A stretch of DNA of 64,000 nucleotides from Harriotta raleighana (Eukaryota). Location: the NCBI GenBank assembly GCA_050575255.1, contig JBNZDD010013573.1, positions 1,492,019 through 1,556,018 on the forward strand, in the 5' to 3' direction. Below are positions 39,680 through 52,279 of this stretch, piece after piece (the first letter of the stretch is position 1; each line of letters opens with the position of its first letter). The notes under the pieces were generated by a model. The model made no database searches and had not been told where the DNA came from. It worked only from the letters and a program-made list of their open reading frames with translations. The translations under genes were made by a program, and so were the position numbers.

Positions 39680-40360
39680 CAACGCTCAATTGTCCTTTCT
39701 CCCCTCTATCCATGCGATAGCCTTCCCCCATCACTGCAACATTCCCCAACTCTGCCATGGCCTCATCCCTCAGGCAGCCGAAACCCTCATGCACATTCGG
39801 CACCTCAAGGCTCAACTATGGAAACTCCCTCCATGTCGGCCTCCCCAACTTTTCCATTCACAACCTGCAGACCATCCATAACTCTGCAGTCTGTATCCTC
39901 TCCCACACCAGGACCCCATCACCCCCAGCCTCTCCCGGCTCCACTGACTCCCCAACCCTCACAGGATACACTTCAAAATCCTCGTCCTCACTTTCAAGGT
40001 CCTCTACGGCCTCGACTCTTCCTACATCTCTGACTTGCTGACCCCCTATCAACCTGTCCACTTCCTCTGCTCAGCGGCTCTGGCCTGCTCCTTGTCTCCC
40101 GCTTATCATCGATAGCTGGGTGTTCAGCCTCTCCGCCCCATTCTTTGGAACTTCATTCCACAATCCCTTCGCGTTGCTCCCTCTCTTGCTTCTTTCAAGG
40201 CATGGCTCAAGACCCTCCTTTATAATCGTGCCTTCAGCCCCCCCCTCTGCCCTCCTTCATCCCATCCCTAACCCCCACATTCAGTCCTGAATGTTCAGCC
40301 CCTTGGAACATCCTCCCGAAATGAAAAGGGCTTCACAAATCTAATCTTGTTGTTGTGCTT
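39680..40360 (+). mobile_element. L2 3' fragment
   Basis: AETLMH..SRLNYGNSL..LQTIHNSA..HFKILVLTFK; tail (ttg)n. Confidence 0.85.
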
Positions 40361-41869
40361 TGTTTTTTAAACCCAAACTCTAACTAGTTTGATCATTCTG
40401 CAAACCTTTTTTCTTTGCATCCATACGGTATTGCTGTATCAACAAATAATGCAAGATATAAACGTCATGGAATTCTTAGTTTCCTTTAACCTTTGATCTG
40501 TTTACACTCAACAAGGCTTTAAAAAGCACACGATTGAGACACCTAACCACTGCTTTATGTATGTCAGTCTCTCCCATTCTTTTTAATCTTAAATTTTGAT
40601 CTGCCCTTCACCAATTCCAGATAGAAACTATATTCCAATGGAAATGAAAGTAAAGAAATCCTCAATGTGGGCTGTTATGTTTTATTACAGTAGTTACAAA
40701 ATGCATATATTTGTTTTAGACACAATGAATCTTCTGGCTGGCTCTTCTGAGTATAAATTTCTATTCCCAGATTTTGGATGAATGAAGTGCTGGACACAGT
40801 TGGATTAAACAAAGAAACATTTATCGAGAAACAGAAAGGTAGGTTATCCATCAGCACAGTGAGGCTGCATACCATCCTGGAAGCAATCTGAGAAGTACAC
40901 ATAATTTGATGTAGATGCACAATGCAGACAGCTGAACAATATTTCTGTGGGGAAAGGGAGAAGAGAGATATAGCATCTTGAAGAGGCGTGAACAATTTTG
41001 AAGTTCTACTATGCCACTGTAAATTATACTGATTAAATTTGATTTGCACTTTACATGACATTCATTCACAGCAACCCTTTGGTAGATGATGTCTGCCTCA
41101 ATCTCTCACTACCCCACACCCTCTATATGTCCTTCCTCTATAGAGATATTTATTTCATAGGCCATTTGCAGTGCCACAGAGGAAAAGGAGAGACACTTGG
41201 TAAAATTTCTACCTTTTATAAATCTAGGTGCTCAAAACAATAGCTTACCTTGTGTTTATCCAGTTACCCAGCAATTCTCTGAACATCTACACTTAAAAAC
41301 TTAATCCATTTCTAAAATGCTTATTTGCTGGTCTGACAAAAGATAAAAGCAATTCTACATTCCCTGGGATGGCTAGTTATTCTTTTGTATCAGTTTTCAG
41401 TTCTATCGCTGTTAAGTTTAAAAACATATTTATTACTTTATGTAACGCCATTCAAAAGCAATTTACTTACATGAAAACAGCCTTACATTGCTTTAAACAT
41501 AATATTTTAAACGCAATATTATGTTTTTCATCCAATCTTACTTTCTCTGTCTGATTTTTGTTTACGTTTTTCAAGGTTTTGTTACTTCTCCTTCTAAATG
41601 TTAGCGTGGTATTCGATCTTTTCAGTAATGTGCCCCCATACTTTTTATTTTTCCCATTAAATATATACATTTTTGTCTGCTTCTATATTGTTCCCAACAG
41701 CCATTTTCTGGTTAACAATTTAACACCTAATAAAACTTATGGAGAGATATCAACTGAAGCTGAAAAAATCATCCTTGTATGTGATACTGCACTTTTCATT
41801 TCAGAAGGACATCTCAAAGTACTTCACTGGATTTACTACAAATTGCAGTGACTGTATACTTTGCAGCAA

Positions 41870-42802
41870 TTAAATGAATGACTGGCAGATGGAGTTTAAT
41901 GTGGGGAAGTGTGAAGTTATTCACCTAGGCAGTAAAAATAGAAAAGCAGATTATTTTCTAGAGGGGGAGAGACTAGGTAGTGTTCATGTTCAGAGGGATT
42001 TAGGTATCCTCATACACCAGTCACAAAAGATTAGTATGCAGGTACATCAAGCATCTAGGAAGGCTAATGGCATGTTGGCATTCGTTGCAAAAGTGTTAGA
42101 GTACAAGAGAAGGGATGTCTTGCTGCAATTTTATAGGGTCTTGGTGAGACCGCAGCTAGAATATTCTATGCAGTTTTGGTCTCCTTATTTAAGAAAGGAC
42201 ATACTCGCCTTAGTGCAGCTAGATTCACTAGCCTGGTTCCTGGGATGAGAGGGTTGACCTATGAGGATAGATTGATAAAACTGGGCCTATATTCTCTAGA
42301 ATATAGAAGAATTAGAGGTGATCTTAAACAAACCTATAAGATTCTTAAGGTGCTTGACAGAGTAGACAGTGGGAGACTATTTGCCCTGTTGGAGAATCTA
42401 AAACTAGGGTTCAAAGTCTCAAGATTAACGCTCAGCCTTTTCAAACAAAGTTGAGGAAACATTTCTTCACTCAGAGGGTTGTGAATTTCTAGAATTCTCT
42501 ATCCCAGAAGGATGCTCAGTCATTGAACATATTCAAGATTGAGATTGATAGATTTCTAAAGGATTAAGGGTTTATGGGGATAAAGCGGATAAATGGAATT
42601 AGGTTAGAAGTTTAGCCAAGAANCTCAGTCATTGAACATATTCAAGATTGAGATTGATAGATTTCTAAAGGATTAAGGGTTTATGGGGATAAAGTGGATA
42701 AATGGAATTAGGTTAGAAGTTTAGCCAAGATCTTATTGAATGGCGGAGCAGGCTTGAGGGGCTGAATGGCCTACTCTTGCTCCTATTTCTTATGTTCTTA
42801 TG
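41870..42802 (+). mobile_element. CR1 3' ~0.9 kb
   Basis: ORFs 41874..42248 (WQMEFNVGKCEVIHLG..LVRPQLEY) and 42176..42454; tail cctatttcttatgttcttatg. Confidence 0.93.
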
Positions 42803-44559
42803 ATTGATTTTATCTGGGAGAGGGATTTTTGGTCAGGATACCTGGAGAAACTCCCTTCCCTTTGGACTAGTGCCACAAGATCTTCAACGTCCATCTGAAC
42901 AGGCAGATGGGACCTCAGTTTAATGTCTCATCTAATGGATGGTGCCTCCAAAATACAACACCTCACCAGCACTGCATTGGAGTGCCAGCCTGGAACTGTG
43001 CAAGGTCAAACGCCCATCCAAGGACCATAATTTTATTTACGGAGCGATTGAGGCCAGAATTTAGCGAATTGTTGAATTCACTATTAACGTTGAAATTGGT
43101 TTTCTGTGAGTTAAGAAAATAGCATACAAGAATGAGGCTTCAAAAATAAGGCTGTGTTGAAGGATCTAACAAATTCAGATTCTGAAATATCGTGTAAACA
43201 GGGTGAGTCTAGATGTAGATAGAATGTTTCCCCATCAAAATCAATAATGATTGATATGGTCAAGTCATAGATGCAAAGTTTGTTACATTTTCAAAATGTA
43301 AACTAAAGGCATGGCCCTCACAACATTCTCTCAGTATTGCATCCAACACTAAGATTATGTTTAGAGAAGATTATTTCTGGGGATGCAATTATCCAAAGGC
43401 TAAATTGTACTCATTATTACAAATACACACCTCTTAACTGAAAACAAAACCATTATTAACAGGAGTAAATGTTGTCCTGTGGTGAGCTACATTAATATAC
43501 TTGGTTTTATGCTGTAGGCTGGTAAAATATTTACTCATCTAAAGTTCCCTGCATAGAGAGTGCTTTTCTTGGCCAGGTCATTTGTACATGCTGAGTATGC
43601 AAGGTTCACACCCCACCAGGCAGAGAAAGAGAATTGTTCAGGCAATCTATCGTGAACTTCCTAGCGGCTAATCATAGATCAACACTGATAGAAGCCAGGA
43701 AGCACCCCACCTGAGTGCCTTCTTGACTGAAGATCGCTGCACGGTCTGAAGTAACTTTAAAAAATTGGGATGAATTCAAAAGTGTTCAGAGGTGAACTGA
43801 AAACTTCAGCAACAAAATCCTTGCATCAAATGGAATGCCGTGTTGGTATTCATTTTTATGAATTCTTGGGCATTAGATAATCCAAATCAAATTTGAACCC
43901 AAATGAGGGGGAAAATTGAATTTACTCAAATGAATAACACTCAAATTAATTGAATGTACCATACAACCACTCTATCAAATATGTTTTATAATTTTATTTC
44001 CAGCAACATTATCATCTAAAATAGAAATTTGAAAATCTCTTTAATAATGCCGGTGAGAATATAAATAAGCACCATTTATTCCAGATAAATTAAATATGAT
44101 AAAATTTGCTTTTACTCAATTTGTGGTTCAAAATGAGCATTTAGGAGATGAAGGCCATGCTCAAATAAATCATCATTGCAACAGATCCAACAGATCATTC
44201 ATGACATTTTAAATACATTTGCATTATTTCTATTAAAAAATACAAATTATATTTATATTGCACCTTTCACATCAGGAGGACATCTCAAAGTGCATTATAC
44301 AGCTACAACAACAACAAGTTTGATTTATATAGCGCCCTCCAAGCCAGACGGCATCTCGGAGCGCTTCACAATAACAGATCCCAGGAGCGAGCCAGGGGCA
44401 GGGGGAGAAAGGTGACCAAAGGAGGGAAAAAACAACGACCGAAACAGTGGTCAAAGACGTAAGTTGCTAATTATAGTTTCCTAACTAGTAAAATGGATTG
44501 AGATGGATTCCCTATCTGTTTGTCTGTGGGGGACGAATGTGCTACACTTTATCCAGTTA

Positions 44560-44651
44560 CAGTAAAACCTTGTTTATCCGTGACTCGATGAACCGGAAAA
44601 CCCGTTCAACCGCCACCTCAAAAAAAATAGTCCCGATTCAATTAACCGTAA
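44560..44651. mobile_element. TcMar-type MITE family 1, truncated by gap
   Basis: TA-cagtaaaaccttgtttatccgtgactcgatgaaccgg. Confidence 0.8.
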
Positions 44652-44967
44652 NNNNNNNNNNNNNNNNNNNNNNNNNNNNNNNNNNNNNNNNNNNNNNNNN
44701 NNNNNNNNNNNNNNNNNNNNNNNNNNNNNNNNNNNNNNNNNNNNNNNNNNNNNNNNNNNNNNNNNNNNNNNNNNNNNNNNNNNNNNNNNNNNNNNNNNNN
44801 NNNNNNNNNNNNNNNNNNNNNNNNNNNNNNNNNNNNNNNNNNNNNNNNNNNNNNNNNNNNNNNNNNNNNNNNNNNNNNNNNNNNNNNNNNNNNNNNNNNN
44901 NNNNNNNNNNNNNNNNNNNNNNNNNNNNNNNNNNNNNNNNNNNNNNNNNNNNNNNNNNNNNNNNNNN
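44652..44967. other. Assembly gap
   Basis: Run of N. Confidence 1.
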
Positions 44968-45019
44968 AAATCTATTAGTCAGAACCTGTGATTATAAAAA
45001 CTAGAGCAACACCAATTTT

Positions 45020-47200
45020 CTGAAAGTTAATTCTTACTTAATATTCAGTTGGTGAAAAGACTTTGCATAGACTGGGTCTAATAGTCAATGAAAAAAAATT
45101 AACATCTGCTAAAAATCAAACAAGATTCATTTGGCACTTATGTCCCCAGGCAAGGTGCAGATACTCAGATTAACATGTCACCTGCCTATCAACAGCATTA
45201 AGATGGTTTGACAAGGTGGTTAGTCAGCAGTTATGAAGTATGGATCCAAGATCAGTCTTTTTGGGAAGCATTAAGTTACTAACAAGTGTTTTATGTAGTG
45301 AATTCCAGGTCAACAAAACTCAAAACATGACTTTTGATATTCATCCCCAAATTTTGCTAATATGGGATTTGGGACTCATTGTTTTCAGCTCCTGTGATGG
45401 TAAACTGGAAATTAAAGTTAGCGCAATAAATCTGATGTGTAAAATTCAATTTTAAACCCCATGACACATTCCCAATTAAATAATCCTTGCATTTAATTAT
45501 TTTAATTATTTAATTATTTAAATGCGTTGAGATCCCTCAAAGCACTTCATAGAATATACTGTATTCTGTTACGTTAATTGACTGTATACTTTGTGGGAGA
45601 AACGTGGCAGCCAATTACACACAGCAGTGTCCCAAAAACAGTCGTGGATTGAGTGAACACATTTTTATTGCTTTTCTTTGTGAGGGATTATTATCAGGCA
45701 AGTGGAGTAAGAAAACTTGCCCAAAATGTTGCCCTGCCAGGAATCAAACCCAGGTCTCTTGCTTGGGAGGTGAGTGCTCTTATCACTGAGCAGCAGGACA
45801 CCTCTAATTGGCTGGCTAATGAATTGACAGAAGGTCTGAACTAGCCTGGCTTATTTATACTTTACAAATGGATTGTATTTAAAGACAACTATTTGTGGGA
45901 AAAGAATTATCTGCTTTCTGCGTTCAACAGGAAGCCAACCACTCCAATCTAGAAGCCAGAAGTGCTGTAAAAAGTGACTCAATGGACCAGAAGTGGGACC
46001 AGTAGCCATTTTTAATCTCTTGTCTAGTTTTGGTCACTGACCAAGCATCTGTTTTTATTAGTCTCCATCAATTTAATCGAAAATAATTCCTGGTAAAACA
46101 GCCAGAATGGTGAATTGCCCACATTTCTGAGGTAACCACACATTGAAGTTTCTCTGTATAATTAAACTCCTGCAACTACCCTAAACTTCATGTTTAATAG
46201 CTGTCAGGAAATATCAGGTGCTGATTATTTTTCCACAGAACAGTTATCGTGATTGCACAAACATGGGTGCCAGAAGTTTAATCTTCATTCAGTAAATGGG
46301 TATAAAGTAGCTTTAGAATACACAACAGAATCTCTGCTTTAAACTTTCTCCATTCCTGGCAAAAATAGGTCTGTGGTAACAAAAAGGGCACTGTTGACCA
46401 GGTTACCTATCTCAAAATTGATATTGTACTTGGATGTCCTCAACTATGAGCCAAATCAGTCTCAGTTGGAGGAGATTTATTATGAAACAAATCATTGCTT
46501 TGTAAGCTATCCCGAGCTATTGCCATAATTTTTCACCACAAACTGTTTAGAAGAACATGCAAAATTATCAATAAATTGTTTTACAGTATTTTCATCAATC
46601 ACAAGTAGACATGATAATAATATGCTTGTACTTTTTGAAAGTGTGGTCCAAATTTTTTTTAAATCATGGCACCTCGATTATTTGGTTCTGTTCTCTTGGG
46701 TAGAGGTGAGGACAGTTGACTACAAACAACAGCACTGAAATTATACGTCTATAGCGCCTTTCACATCAGGAGGATGTCCCAAGGTGCTGAAACAGACTGA
46801 ACATCGCAGATTTATGTTAGGAAGCTCAGAAATGGCTGGAAGATAGATTTACGTGCAAACAGGTCTTCTACCAAAAGCAACCAAGTTTATGTTGATTTTT
46901 TTTTTAAATAAGGCTAATTATATACTGTCCTTGAGACCATACTCTGGAGCAAGAAACTGGGAATGTTAATCTGCTGACAATAAAACACAGTATCAATGAT
47001 ATTACCTATATCATTCAAACAATAGTTGTTTAAATAAGCCCAATGCAAAATATTTGTACAAGATTGCAAAAAACAATGCAGTTTAAAGACAAACTAACTC
47101 CTACCACACAGAAAAAAATCTGCTGATGAGTTTAGAAACCACATTCCAAATAATAGTGATTGTTCAAACTGCGAAACAAAAGGACCAACACAAGTGCCTT
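45020..47200 (+). mobile_element. Gypsy pol relic J (RT end-RNaseH-INT)
   Basis: LHRLGLIVNEKK..AKNQTRFIWH ~45063, KLEIKVSA ~45402, GKELSA ~45898, LVTDQ ~46030, IPGK ~46086, KWLE ~46829, SADNKTQY ~46970, NSYH ~47096, IVQTAK ~47159. Confidence 0.65.
45480..45800 (-). mobile_element. tRNA-SINE
   Basis: Tail taatccttgcattt; reverse head ggaatcaaacccaggtctcttgc..cactgagc. Confidence 0.85.
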
Positions 47201-47591
47201 AAATACTTGCATTAAATTAATCAGCCAACAATGTGATGACTACAAAACCTCTCAACGAGTTGATGCATGTTATTCTTCAAAATTAACATGTTATGGTACC
47301 ATCCTTTCAACATTTTAAAAATCCTGATAGATTCATTGACAATTCCGCCAATACCCACCAATATACCTCACATAAGTCATACCAGTTGGGACCATACAAA
47401 TGCAAAGACTGATGGAAAGAATGAGATATGTCAAACTTACGTAGAATATAAACGTTTGTAACGATGTAGAACTTAGACAGCTATATGATTTATACAGATC
47501 TGACTTAATAATAATACTTGCATTAGGTGTAGCGCTTTTCACGTCTTTTTGAATTTCACGTGTTTTACTGTATTGTGCTCCACTGTAAATA

Positions 47592-47605
47592 GCACCACCT
47601 AGAGG
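47592..47605 (-). promoter_or_regulatory. CTCF-like motif
   Basis: Minus strand CCTCTAGGTGGTGC. Confidence 0.35.
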
Positions 47606-47989
47606 TCTGGCTGGAATCCAAAAAAAAACAAACCTAGGATAGGATTATGATAGGTATTTGCCCTCAGAAAGATAACCAACAAAAAAAGTTTGAAAATATT
47701 TAAGTTTATTTCAATGAATCACTAATTTAACATCGTTGATTGATTCTTGTGCTTCGGGTGATAACTGGATAAATGCAATTTTTGTAATTTTTGAATGAAG
47801 TGTTTAATTATCATCATTAAATCAATATATAAACAGACACCTTCTGACAAAATTAACATGATTATTGAAAGTCAAGGACAAAACCAACAAATAAAAAATT
47901 ACATTTATAGAGCATCCTTGGGAGGACATACCAAGGCTCTGACATGCGTTCCAAGTTTCTAAAAAAAAATCATGCAAATTAAGCTTCCA

Positions 47990-48930
47990 ATTCTCCTGTA
48001 TTCTGTGTGAATTCCAATTCAAGATCCTGGTACTCACATTTAAAGCCCTCCACAACCTCGCCCCACCCTACATCCGTGACCTCCTATCTCCTTACCAACC
48101 TGCCCACCCCCTCCGCTTAGCAGGCTCTAGCCTGCTCCATGTCCCCTGCCCCATCATTGGCGGGCGAGCCTTCAGCCACTCTGCCCCCAACCTCTGGAAT
48201 TCCATCCCACAGTCCCTCCGCCTCATCCCCTCCCTGGCCTCTTTCAAGTCTCGCCTCAAGATTCTCCTCTTCAATGGACCCATCCAAAACTTCTAATCCT
48301 CCTCTTCCTTCCCCCCACCCCCGTCCTCAGGTTGGGTCTGTAGCATTGAATGTCTAGTGTCTTGGAACGTCCTCTTGACGTGAAAGGCGCTGTACCAGTG
48401 TAATTTTATTGTTGTTGTTGTTATAATTACCCCACCTGACTTCATCATTCAAATAGTCACATGCAGAGCTGCTGACTATCAGCAACGTTGGTCCTTCCAC
48501 TGTTGCAGAATGCTATATTTTTAGTGCTAGATGAAATTTCAATTTCAAGATGCTCACTCGTTTCAAATCCCTCCACTCCTAAGCACACCTCCACCTCTCT
48601 GACCTCACCTCCACTCACAAGAGCACCCGTTGCCTTTGCTCTACCGGGTCTGGCCTCCTTCTTGTCTCCTGAATCCTCTGCTCCATCATTGGCAGCCGTA
48701 CCTTCAGCCACTATGCCCCAAGACTCTGGAACTCCCTTCCTCACTCCCTTTGCCTCACCCCACCCTTTTCCTATTTTCAGTTCTTGGCTAAAGACCTTTC
48801 TTTTCTACCGCACTTTTGGTCACCTTTTTTCCCTTCCCCGTGACTCGGCCCTAGGAACCGTCATTGGGAAGTGCTCTGAGACACTGTCCGACATGGAGGG
48901 CGCTATATAAATAAGATGTTGTTGTTGAAA
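47990..48930 (+). mobile_element. Two L2 3' fragments
   Basis: IQFKILVLTFKALHNLAP; GRAFSHSAPNLWNSIP; tails at ~48390-48420 and ~48900-48926. Confidence 0.88.
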
Positions 48931-50419
48931 TAGTGACCTACTCTGTGGAATATACTAACCTGGTGCAAATATATAAATTCCAGCTGCGAATGTAGTGTGC
49001 ATGGATGGCTGAATGAACTCTTTCAGATGAGTCTGTAGCTCAAACAAATAACAGCAGCTAAACCAAGAAACTACCAGACACTGTCTGACGGTGGCATCAA
49101 CAAATGAAAGCAAATCATGCTGCTGTATATATTTAAAGAATTTCAACTGAAATAGATTACATTATGATGGAGTATACCTTTCGCTAATCTCCTTGGACAA
49201 TCTATCTGACTTTAGCATTAGTTCTATGTCATTCTCGGTGGTTTCATCAATATCATTCCATCAGACATCCTTTTTGGCAACAGCTGCGGCATTGTTATAT
49301 CAATAACTTCAAAAACAAACTCTCCACTTTCGGTGATCTGTTTCCCTCCAATATGCATAGCATATATATTTACCCTTTACATGCAGCATCCTAAGGGCAA
49401 GAAAAAAAATTGAAAGACAATTGCCCGCCATAAGAAGTCAGTTTTACTCCTTATTCATTACTGGGGCTGAGTTTGTAATAAATAAATAAATAATATACTG
49501 GATCAGTTGGATAATCTTGAAGATGTAGTGAGCTACTATATCAAATGCAGAGATTATTATTATTATCTGCAACATACCGGTTTTGAATTTCATAGGTTTT
49601 GAAATACAAGTCAGCAATGTGAAAAGAGCCTGGCCTCTCTCTCCCTGACACATTTTACTCCCTGGATTTTCAAAGTCAGGAGAAATTAATTTCTAGAAGC
49701 TAAAGTTGCAGTTTGTGCAAAATAAAAAATCTGATTTGCAAAGACCCATAAATTTCGACCCTCACTATCCATATTTAATAAGTGAACAAACATGCTTGTG
49801 TTCGCAATTCTCTTCAGCTCATACATTTATTCAAGGTATATTCAGCATAATTATGCAGTCAAAGTTGCACACAAATGGCTAAAACAAAACCAATGTGAAT
49901 CAACATAGCTAACACAATCAGCAACATCACGTGTAAACTCAGTCCTTTGAGTACTCAAATGGTCTGGATACCAATCCGTGTGGGTCTGTTCAAGTCATTC
50001 ATGGTCTGAATTTCAAGTCAACAAATATCCTCCTTGAGAAGAGAAATAAGCATCTTTGTCCTGGAACAGTTCAGATGAGATATGCCTGGCAAACCAATAA
50101 CTTCCCACAGTAATCCTGGGCGAAACATACACTCAATCTACAAGTTAGATGAGTAGATGGATAGGATGGGTAAATTGTCCAATTTCATCCATTGTGGAAG
50201 AAAGCTCATTTGTTTTTATTAACCTTTCTTTAATCAAGTCAGCAATTTCTACAAAAAAAAAGGAATATTTGAATGTGTTTGCAATTGGTTTCACTCAAAT
50301 TGTAATGTATAAAATCAGAAAGATGAAGGCTCCGAATTGATGCAGTGCAAATTGACACTTTTTTAAAACATCATTCCAGAATATTGTCACAAGTTACTTT
50401 AAAAAAGATTAAACAATAA

Positions 50420-50940
50420 ATAACTACAAGAAAATTACATTGTTGTAGCGCCTTTCATGTCGGGAGGACATCCCAAGACACAATNAAAGATTAAACAATA
50501 AATAACTACAAGAAAATTACATTGTTGTAGCGCCTTTCATGTCGGGAGGACATCCCAAGACACAGGATTGTCAGTGCTTCAGACCCGAGCTGGGGTCAGG
50601 ATTGGACAGGGTGGAGGAAAGGAGAGGAAGAGGGATGACCGATAGCAGCAGCAACAACAACAAACAACAGCAAAATTACATTTATAGAGTGCCTTTCACG
50701 TCAGGAGGAACACCATTGAAGAGGAGGGTATTGAGTTGGGATTTGAAGGAGGCTAGGAAGGGAGGGAGGCGGAAGGATTGCGGGATGGAATTCCACAGAT
50801 TGGGGGCAATGTGGCTGAAGGCTTGCCTGCCGATGGTGGGGCGGTTGGGTCGGGAGACATGGATCAGGCCGGATCCTGCTTAGCAGAGGGAGTGGGCAAG
50901 TTGGTAGGGAATTAGGAGGTCGCAGAGGTAGGGTGGGGTT
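50420..50940 (-). mobile_element. L2 3' fragments
   Basis: Reverse tails gtagcgcctttcatgtcgggagg; body ggatggaattccacagattgggggc. Confidence 0.8.
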
Positions 50941-51794
50941 ATTCAGTTATTAAAACTAATAAGAACTGGAAGGAAGAGAAGACGAGAAAGAAGAGTACAA
51001 GTGTAGAGATGAAGAAATTCACAGGGAAGAGTAACTGAATGTTTAAAGCAATGCGGTTCAGTAAGAGTCTATGTAATTGGATGCTACTGGCTGCTTGCAG
51101 GGAACACACATCTTTGAGATGTCAATAAGATGTGAAAAGTGCTATATCAAATGTAAGGATTATTATGTTCTCTTTACAGAATCCACAATTATTTATCCTC
51201 AAAACATTTGCCATCGCTTAGATCACATGTAGTATAGTGACCTTTTACAAACTGCATCAACAATTATTCAAGAAAAATAATGTCATCAATATTCCAATGT
51301 GCTTGATTTCCACATTTCATGTCAATACAGAATGTCAGCATTCAAATTTTCATGTAAGGATCCAAATATTTCCCCATTACATTATTTATTATTACTTTTA
51401 ATGTTGTCATGTTGCCCATAATTGGTACTGATTTACCACATGGAATGTATAGCATTAAATATTAAAGAGGAACAATATTTCACATACTCAATTAAACTGG
51501 AATTCACAATCCACTTCACTTTGATATGTTCCTCATCAAAAATAGTGGGTTCTATTCCACAAAGAATTCACGAGCTTTATTGTGATGAATTCACTCATAC
51601 TGATAGAATTAAGTGAGCAGTTTGAGTTCATACATTCCATATACTGTATAGCTTATTATTCAGTATTATATTTAGTTTCAGTATCCATTGACAATTTCAA
51701 AAGATTCAAAAGAACTTTGAAAAGATTCTGTACCAAAGATAACCTTTGTGACCTTTCTTTGAATGGGTTTGTTTAGGTCATCATCATCACTCTC

Positions 51795-52125
51795 TAATAA
51801 TAATCCTTGCATTTGATATAGATCTTCAAGATGTCTCAAAGCGCGTCACGTATACTGTGCATTTTCTTGCAAGTTGCGGCAGACGATTACGCACAACAAT
51901 GTCCCACAAAACAGTCATGGATTGTGACCAATTTTTTTAAAGGAATTATTAAAACCCCAGAAGAGAGATCCAACAATCGACTAACAAACGGGTTCCTATT
52001 TACTTCTAGGTAAACAAAGGTGTGTGGAGTAAGGAAATTTGCCCAAAGTTTTGCCCAGTCAGGAATCAAACCCAGGTCTCTCTCTTGCTAGGCAAGTGCT
52101 CCAAACTCTGACCTACAGTCCTCCA
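51795..52125 (-). mobile_element. tRNA-SINE
   Basis: Same tail and head as the 27483 and 45480 copies. Confidence 0.85.
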
Positions 52126-52279
52126 TGAGAGAACAGGGTTCAAGCTCTGGCAGTTTAATTTCCCTTCATTCTTCAAGTGGGAAGTGGAATTACATAAATA
52201 ATATCTTATCCACTTGAAAAATGAAACATATTAATAGTTAGCAGGCCAATAAGAAGCAGAGTACCAGAGGATTGGAAAA

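Larger units (their letters stand above)
38900..44170 (-). mobile_element. L1-clade ORF2 relic 2, interrupted by L2, CR1 and SINE
   Basis: FIS*..LNH..KQILSYL ~44150-44090, AGNFR*V ~43545 (GGDFN), LHP ~43385, FNTALF ~43155, INMFLNL ~41430, ISL..D ~41140, LYSEEP ~40750, HKAVV ~40555. Confidence 0.6.
47700..51780 (-). mobile_element. Gypsy pol relic K (RT-RNaseH-INT), interrupted
   Basis: KYCSSL..MW*I ~51480, IDDII ~51285, KKCQFA ~50360, LASRN ~49705, REREA ~49640, MHIGGKQ ~49350, DIDETTENDIEL ~49250, DLLSFVD ~49110, SSYHP ~47765. Confidence 0.65.

Noticed and set aside
49374-49390. Minus-strand 17-nt microexon with a good polypyrimidine tract
   Set aside because: Not frame-preserving, sits inside relic K RNaseH, and has no supporting gene
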